64,000 bases of DNA from Chrysomallon squamiferum (lineage: Eukaryota; Animalia; Mollusca), in assembly GCA_012295275.1 (NCBI GenBank), contig CM022667.1, positions 2,232,001 through 2,296,000 on the forward strand. Direction: 5' to 3'. The notes under the pieces were generated by a model. The model searched no databases. It was not told where the DNA came from and saw only the letters and a list, made by a program, of their open reading frames with translations. Numbering within the stretch: the stretch's first letter is position 1; each line of letters starts with the position of its first letter. The translations under genes and the position numbers were made by a program. Below are positions 55,746 to 64,000 of the stretch, one piece after another.

Positions 55746-55788
55746 AATGGGTCTTGCTTTCAGCCTTGTTGCAAGTGTCAAAGAAAAG
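55746..55788 (+). CDS. DDX1: DDX1 exon
   Basis: ttttcag|...|gtatgt; (R)MGLAFSLVASVKEK. Confidence 0.94.
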
Positions 55789-56067
55789 GTATGTTAAACA
55801 GTTTTCTAATACTTGTATTTTACAATGATGCTTAATATGCCATTGCAGATCCCAGTCTTCAACTTCAGCATCTCCATTCCTTCCCAGCCATTCCATAAAA
55901 TCGTAATAAATCTTTATTTACTGTGAAAACTCAGTGAAAGAAAAGAACAACTGCAAATTAATTATATTCATCACCTGCACTCACACATACATGCATATAT
56001 GCATGCACACTAGTACTAACATGCCCACATATATGCATGCAGATACATACACATACACATACATACA

Positions 56068-56099
<32 letters not shown>

Positions 56100-58333
56100 C
56101 ATATATATACATACATACAAACACATGCACACACACACACTCTTACCCACAAACACCCACACACACACTTGTAAAGTAACAGATAGACACACATCATGAG
56201 TCAGCAACCTCCACTCTGTCACAGATTCAGCACTCCCACAGAATTATCCCGCTATTCTCAGACATAAATATTATTCATCGTTGATTGTATTTTATAATTA
56301 CTGCATTCATGTATACAGATGACTGTGGAGAACAATCCATTGTACAGCCACTCTCACTCTGACATCAACAAGAAGGTTATGTCTGTATGTGACAGAATCA
56401 GGATTACATTGGGCTCTGACAAGTGGGAGATTTGTCTTCAAATCAATTCAGTTTCTATTTAGATGGCGAATACTGTAGTAACTAAACCAACAGCAGGTGA
56501 ATGAGCCGTAACATCCACACAGTTTAAAGATTATTTCTTTCTCCGAGTGTGTGACGGAAGTTCAAGCTTTTTCTTTTGTTTTGTTTTATGGACACCAACC
56601 TTGATTTGGTAATTCATTCCATCCCGTTTCATCACAGTAAATGTCAGTTTTTTAATCTGACTGTGCAAGAGAATTCATAATTTTTCTGATTTAAGAGAAG
56701 CCGCAGTGGTTTAAAACACCCACAATTTTATTATTTCAGGTCTGCAGTTGGTTTGATTAATACAGTTTTTCTAACACTTTCCCAGACCAGTTCACTGATG
56801 TGCTCTTCAAGTCTTTACAAATATACAGTCTGTTTGTGTCTCCAATCAGTGACTGAGCCACCCACTAATTCCTGCTGTTGTAATTTTCCTGATTAATTTG
56901 AGGTTAATGAAGACTGTGTATTTTGACCAGCAGATTAGAGTTAGTCTCAGACAGAAATCCTGCAATTACCAAAGATGGTTGAATACATATTTGAAATCTT
57001 TGATTTAAAGTATATATATATATTTAAAGAAAAGAAAAAAAAAAGATACTGAAGCAAGATAGCATTTTGACCTCAAAAAAATAAGAGGGAGTTACATATT
57101 CTGTAGTATTTTTTGTTCATTCTCCAGCTGAGCCGATATCATGTCTAGACAGGCCCAAAATCAAATAACAAGTTCCTTTGGAAAATAGTAAACTTGTAAA
57201 TTTATCCTGTGTATTCAAATTGTTACTTAGATTTGTTTATCTAACTTCCATTAAAATAAGGTTAAACTATCTAAACTCCCTAACATTGACTCTAAAGAAC
57301 AAAACATTTTTTTGTTTTTATTTTAAAATACTAAATTCATAGATTTATCCAAACCTCTATTACATAATGTCAAAATGTCTATAATGTCTAAAATTTACTC
57401 CAAAAAAGATAACGGGTTCCTTGGTAAAATATTGAACTTGCAAATTTAACACCAGTTTTCCCATTTTTAATTAGTTCTGTTTATCTGATCCTCGTTATCT
57501 GATCCTCGTTAAGGTTAAAAATGCCTATAACTCCAAACCACTGATTTGAAACAGTATAACAAATACATTTGAAAAATAGTGAACTTTGGATTTGTTATTT
57601 TTAATTAATTCAATTTATCTAACCCTTGTTAAAATAAAGTTAAAATGTCTATAACCCCCAGCACTCACTCAAACCGTAATCATCCAAAAATGTGTGCGAG
57701 TTAAATAGATTTGGTGAACAGAATATTCAACAGACCAAAGTTTACTTAGGAAGTTTGTTATTGGAATCATCTAACCTTTTAAAATGTTTCAAATTAATTA
57801 AAATACCAATACAATTATAGCAATTTTACAAGTTTGGATCCAGTGAAAAATTGACAGTGCAAAAATGAGAAAAATGTATTATTAGTTTTTCATAGTAAAT
57901 TTGCAATAAAACAGCAATTTAGTTATTTCTGTTATGGCATAAATTTTAAATTAAAATATTTAATAATGTAATTTTTTGCCTGTGAAAATGTATTAAGAAA
58001 ATTAATTCCTGTCTTTCGTATCACCACAACAAAATTACTGTTTCAGGTTACTTACTAAACTTAACATTAGTTTTTCAAAACTGCTTACTCCAAGTGTTTT
58101 TTTTTTTTTTATTTATTCAGAGAAAAAAAAAAGAAACAAGAAACCATGAGATTTAATTACTATTAACATTTTAAAAAAATAATAAAAAATAAAAAAATAA
58201 CGTCTTCCAATTTAGTCCTTCATTCACCTAAAGTTAGGTTTGATTTTGTGCTAAGGTGTCCTGAAACTCTATTTATTGATTAAAGAAGTTTTGATAAACA
58301 TTATTATTGAGACTGGAGAGTGTTTTCTTTCAG

Positions 58334-58432
58334 GTGTGGTATCACTCTAACTGCAGTACACGAGGACGAGGATGTTACAACACAAATCTGACTGATTACG
58401 GTGGATGCTGCATTTGGTACAACGAGCCACAG
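58334..58432 (+). CDS. DDX1: DDX1 exon with the DDX1-specific Cys-rich segment
   Basis: tttcag|...|gtagtg; [33 protein letters not shown]. Confidence 0.95.
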
Positions 58433-58881
58433 GTAGTGTTGTAGTCAGGCTGCCTGGCCTTTCAGTTTGTTAGTTTTATGTTATTTTTACAACAGGCAGT
58501 TGTAAGTTGTTGTGTGATACTAACTGTTGTGGTATCAATCAGTGTGCTGATTGTGGTGATATTGGTAGTTCTAGGTGTGGTAGTAGAGGAATAGCAGGAC
58601 TCTTCTTTCAAAAATTTCATTTTATATGTTTATTTAATTATTTATTTATTACAATTATTTTTAGTAGTAGTAGTAGTAGTAGAAGTTGAAGTTGTGACGG
58701 TAGTTATGGTCGTAGCAGTGGTAGTAGTAGATTTTAAATAAAAAACCAACCAGACTGATTTTCCATTAAATACATATTTGGGGTTTTCCTTTATTAAAAA
58801 ACAAAAATTGAAGAATTTATGAATTTTATTTCATAGGCAATACTCAGATTTCTGTATATTAATGTACAAGATTTATTTCAG

Positions 58882-59002
58882 TTGAAGTCTGACGTGGAAG
58901 AACATCTTGATGTTACTATTGACCTTGTTGAACCAGACATGAAAATCCCCATTAATGAGTTTGATGGAAAAGTTACTTATGGCCAGAAGAGAAGGAATTT
59001 GC
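58882..59002 (+). CDS. DDX1: DDX1 penultimate exon
   Basis: tttcag|...|gtacgt; [40 protein letters not shown]. Confidence 0.95.
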
Positions 59003-59321
59003 GTACGTTTGATAATCTTTGCTTCCAAAGATTACCTTTGAAGATAAAAAAAAAAAAAAAAAATAAATTAAAAAAATATATAAAATAAAAATATTAAATA
59101 ATAAAAAAAAGAAGACAAAAATTGTAATTTTCACACAGATCATTAATCATTCGGTTGCTGGATACAACACAGTTAATAGATATTTATTTAAACTGACTTC
59201 ACCTCAGTTCAAACAACTATAAAAAAAATATTTTCGGATGTTTTATGATTTTATCACGACACTTTCTAACATGTGAATAATATTTCACAGAGTTATTTAT
59301 TTATTTTATTTGTGATTACAG

Positions 59322-59446
59322 AATGTCTGTATCAAGGACACGTTCAGCTTCTGGCTCCGACAGTTCAAGAGCTGGCTGTGCTGGAAAAAAGAGCTCAGTC
59401 ATCTTTCATTGATTTGAAATACAGGAAAAAGTTTTCACGCACTTGA
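59322..59446 (+). CDS. DDX1: DDX1 terminal coding exon
   Basis: attacag|; (Q)[40 protein letters not shown], stop TGA at 59444-59446; matches the DDX1 C-terminal [20 protein letters not shown] pattern. Confidence 0.95.
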
Positions 59447-59692
59447 AAAAGAAACACAGAAAGAAGGCAAGAAAATTTGACACAGTCAGAAAAAAAACAA
59501 AAATTAAAATGCGAGAAAATTTATCTTCAATTCGGTTACAGAAAATATTTTGGACAGTTTTTCTTTTTTTTAAATAACTAGGATTCTGTAGAAGAAATTA
59601 ATAATAGATTTTGTTTCATTTTGTTAAATTATTATTATTATTATTATTTTTATTTTTTGGGGGAATGTTTAGGCCTAAACTGTTTAAAATGA

Positions 59693-59698
59693 AATAAA
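59693..59698 (+). terminator. Candidate DDX1 polyadenylation signal
   Basis: AATAAA about 250 nt after the stop, followed by GT/T-rich sequence. AATAAA is common by chance in this AT-rich DNA and others occur further downstream. Confidence 0.3.
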
Positions 59699-62176
59699 AT
59701 TGTTGTGTATTTTATTTCATCATATAAAAGCCTTCATTATTTTTCTCTTTTTTTCTTCCTTTTTTAACTTACCATCTTTTTGGGTGAAATGGTTTTTTGA
59801 TTTCAAAATGTATTTGCTTTTTAATATTTCTATTAGAAATAGTTTTGAAATTATAACTTTAGCAATTTCTGCTTACAAAAAAAAAAAAAAAAAAAAGCCT
59901 AGAATTGTTAGTCCAATGTTTCACATGAAAAGAAAAGAGGAAAAAAAAGCAACAATATTACCAAACATGTTTTAAACAAGTCATTAGAATTATGATCAGA
60001 ATGTGTCCATTTAAAGATGATTGCAAGTCTGTTTGTACAATGCTGGTTATTGTTGAGAATACAATTATTGTTTCATAACACAAATGTTTGCTTATGGTAA
60101 TAAAAATTTGTGTTAAAAATTTGATGGTCATTTGTGTATTTGTTGCTGTGTTTTCAAAACTGTATTTCAATTTTATTTTTTTATACATTTTTTTTTTTAA
60201 ATAAAAAAGTTAGATGTAATATATCAATTCTATTTGCGCACTCTCTATCTCTCGCTCTTCCCCTCCCTCTTCCCCCCTCTTCCCCCCTCCCCTCCACATA
60301 GGAAAGAGACTGCAGAAAGAAAATAAATAAAAATAAATAATGTCCATTAAATAAATAGAAAATTCACATTTCTGTTCCTAAATTATATTTTGTTAAAATA
60401 ACTAAATAAAAATGAATATTGTTTGTTAAACTAGATGGTTAAAAAAAATTTTATCTCTCTTTTAAAATTATGTTTGTGAAAGAAATTAAATAAAAGTATA
60501 CTGAGAGAGACCGAAGAAAGAAACTAAATGAAACTGGATATTGTCAGTTAAACTAGATAAATAAAAAATTCACATCTCAGCTTTTTAATTTGTAAAAAAA
60601 AAAAAAAAGATGAAAACTTTATTAACCTTAACTTTATTAACTGTGAAGTGCTATCATTTAACCAATTAAAAAAAAACAGCATTTCCTGCTATTATCTTGC
60701 AAATGTCAGATATGAACCTCACTTAAAAAACCAAATTAAGAATATAAAAACAAAATCCATTTGGAGTGAAAAATACTCCATTTCCTAAAGAATCGATTTA
60801 AAGTTACTTTTCCTTTATTAATGGAATCAGTTTGGTAAAAATTGGTCCGTAAAAGCTGTAGCAGTAAAAACATTAATTTCATTAATAACGATGAGTTTTC
60901 ATTTTCATGCTAAAGCACAAATAATATGTTTTTTTCTGTGAATCTTGGCAAAGCTTCCTTGTTTTGTACAATTTTGAGGGTTTTTTCCTAATATTTTTCA
61001 TAATGAAGTTAATTTAATTCTATCACCACATCCACTTTGAAAAATGATGTAAAAATGAGCAAGGTAACTTTAAACGCAGTAATAAAGGTTAAAAGCGGTC
61101 AGTTGCCATTAACAAAACCAGTTATATCTCCAGCATGCTATCAGTAAATGTTTGTAGCTACATATTTGTTGATATATCAATCTGTTGAATTCAGTGCTGT
61201 TTTTCCCTGTACTTCTCTAAACCAGCAACCAGTAAAATATTCCACAATTACAATATAGGTTTTTTTGTTTTTTTTGTTTTACAGTCAGTAGAACATAGCT
61301 CTGTAATAGAACATCCACCACATCAGATCAGTCCTTCCTAGTAGATCCATTCAACTATTTCACATTCCAGACAGTGCTCCTCAGCATATCTAACACTGAG
61401 GTATCTGCTGCACATAAAACATACATTGCTGCTACCTGGAAATAATAACCCATGAAGTTATAGTAGCATGTTTTTGTGTACCTTTTCTAGAGGTACGTAC
61501 TATCAACTCTATGGGTTGGTGAATTATAGAAGATCTTTTTCTGCTGATCAGAAAGCGAACCCTATGAAATTATAAGTATATTTCCTTTGTATTCTGGTGG
61601 TATATACTATCCTATCTGTTGTATGGTATAAATAAAAGAACTTTTTCTGCAAATCAGAAAGATGAGCCCACTAAATGGAAAAAGTTATATTTCCTTTGTT
61701 TTCTACTGCTATATACTCTCCTGTCTGTGGGATGGTATATATAAAAAAATATTTTTCTGCTATCTGGAAAGAGTAGGCGATGAAATGAAGGCTTTCCTCT
61801 CTGGCTGCCTGTATGTCTGAGTCCATGTAATAATAAATAAAATTTGACGACTGCATTATTAAATAAAACATTTTCCTCAATTTGTTTTCCAGTCGTTCTT
61901 GTTTAGACTGGACACTAATGAGATTGCTGCCTTACATCACTGATAGACTGATTATCTCGGCTGGTTGAATCATTTCCCTGTAGGTTAATACTGTTAACCT
62001 GACAGTGGTGTCGGTGTAGCTGATTGTCATCCATCTGGATATTTGTTTTGCTCTCGTTACAAAACATATTACACAACTGAAAGAAATTAACAAAATGGTA
62101 TTTGCTGAACCTAAGTGAACCAAGCATTCAGAGAGTTTGAACTGATGTTTTATGTGTTGCTTTTATTGTTGTTATT

Positions 62177-62353
<177 letters not shown>

Positions 62354-63327
62354 ATCTGTTTGCTGCATTTTGTTAACCTTGTTTCAGTGTAACATAATTT
62401 CATCAAATGTGTTCATTGCCCATGATCATCATACATATTCTTAACACATTATTTTCACTGATGTATTTTCTTTAAATGATGCCAGCCATCTTAGATCTCT
62501 TGTTCAGATCATAACAGACTTTGGCTGTATTTGTCTTTATTTACTTGATCTTATTTTTCTTATTTTAATATAGGATTTTAAAAAATGTAAGCACAGTCAA
62601 AGAGAAAAATATTTTTGAATGTATTTTTCTCTCAGACAAAAAGAAAAATGATTCTTAATGAATGTTCTGCAGTAAATAATAAAATTATTTCCTGTACAGA
62701 CATTTTATTTAATAAAACTGTTTAAATCTTTTCATTCTGAGTAATGATGTTTCACTGATGTGTTTGTGTTATGAGGAAATAGGAAATAGTTATTGCATTG
62801 TCGAATATTATTACATCACTGGTAATTACATTCATGCATTATTTTATTATTGAGAAAAATTGCATCGGTCATTTTATTTCATAACATGAACATCCATATC
62901 CATTAAAAAAAATATATATAAATTAAAAAAATAATAATAATTTTTTAAATAACTGCTTTTTGTACACCAAACTTTCAAAATATTTCAATGTCATATACAG
63001 GTTTTTAATTTTTTTTTTTAAATTATTTATTTATTTATTATTATTATTATTATTATTGTTATTATTATTGTTGTCAGGCTGTAAGTGTAAATGAAAATAG
63101 CTCAATGAAAGCATTGTGTAGGATCATTTCTTTGAACTATCACACATCAAGCACAGGACTTTGAACTGCTCCAGTATTTAAACCCGATTTTTTTCTTAAT
63201 CAACTGAATATTTTAAAACAGATTTCTATAATAATAAATGACTAAGGAATATGTCATTTATTACTTTCAATTTTCTTTTTCATTTACAGTTATATTTATT
63301 TATTATTTTATTTTATTTTATTTTTAA

Positions 63328-63369
<42 letters not shown>

Positions 63370-64000
63370 TCTTGAATCATCATGTAGTTAAAAAAGTATC
63401 TATAATCATCAAATGTAAAAGGACATTAATGAAAAATATTTTTACTCATGAAACTGACAGTTAAAATATTTTCATTCCAAACAAAAAGAGGAAGAAGTAT
63501 GAACTTTTGCTGTTCACAGCAGCACTTCTCAAAATTAATCAAACTACACAAAAAAAAATTAATATTTATTCTGAACTGTGAAAGAAAAACATTTCAAGTT
63601 GAATGTTTGAACAGCATGAACAGCAGAAAATACAAAAAGATTAATTCAAATACACAAAAAAAAAAAAAAGAAGAAGAAGAAATATTTAATTTTCATTCAC
63701 AACAGTGACAGAAAAGAGTTGAATGTTTCAATAAAACAGAACTCGTACTTAATTCCAGTTCTGGTAAATTAGATTCTCTTGAAATCATTTGTTGAGATAA
63801 GACGTTTAGAAATAAAGCTATTATGGTTTTAAGTGTTTGAAAAACAAGACTACTGTTTGAACAATTGATCTTCTACTATCAGTGTGGCTGCTGTTTTTGT
63901 GGAAAAATAACCATTCGTTGACTTAGGAGTGTCATCCAACTCTGTGCTTACTTCAGTGAATGGGCTGCAGGATCAATTCTTTGCGGCGCATGTTATAAAC

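Overview
AT-rich, microsatellite-dense and CpG-depleted animal genomic DNA; a mollusc or other lophotrochozoan is likely, but this is inference. On the + strand I can splice seven exons (47024-59446) into the C-terminal half of the DEAD-box RNA helicase DDX1, ending at TGA 59444-59446. One of its introns must be a non-canonical GC-AG intron. No earlier DDX1 exon is recognisable in the first 47 kb, so that stretch is probably one very large intron. Inside it, on the - strand, lies a class A (rhodopsin-like) peptide-receptor-type GPCR with an intronless CDS (ATG 10380 to TGA 9231). Its frame is broken by a single extra A in TM1, it has an upstream ORF overlapping its start (TAATG), and its activation motifs are degenerate (DQY, D2.50N, no NPxxY). 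Also present are two adjacent Tigger/pogo-type DNA transposon relics, many tandem repeats (one made of repeated acceptor-exon-donor units on the GPCR strand), and several CpG-retaining islands that may be regulatory. Most ORFs in the supplied track are simple-repeat artefacts. All calls were made by eye without database searches.
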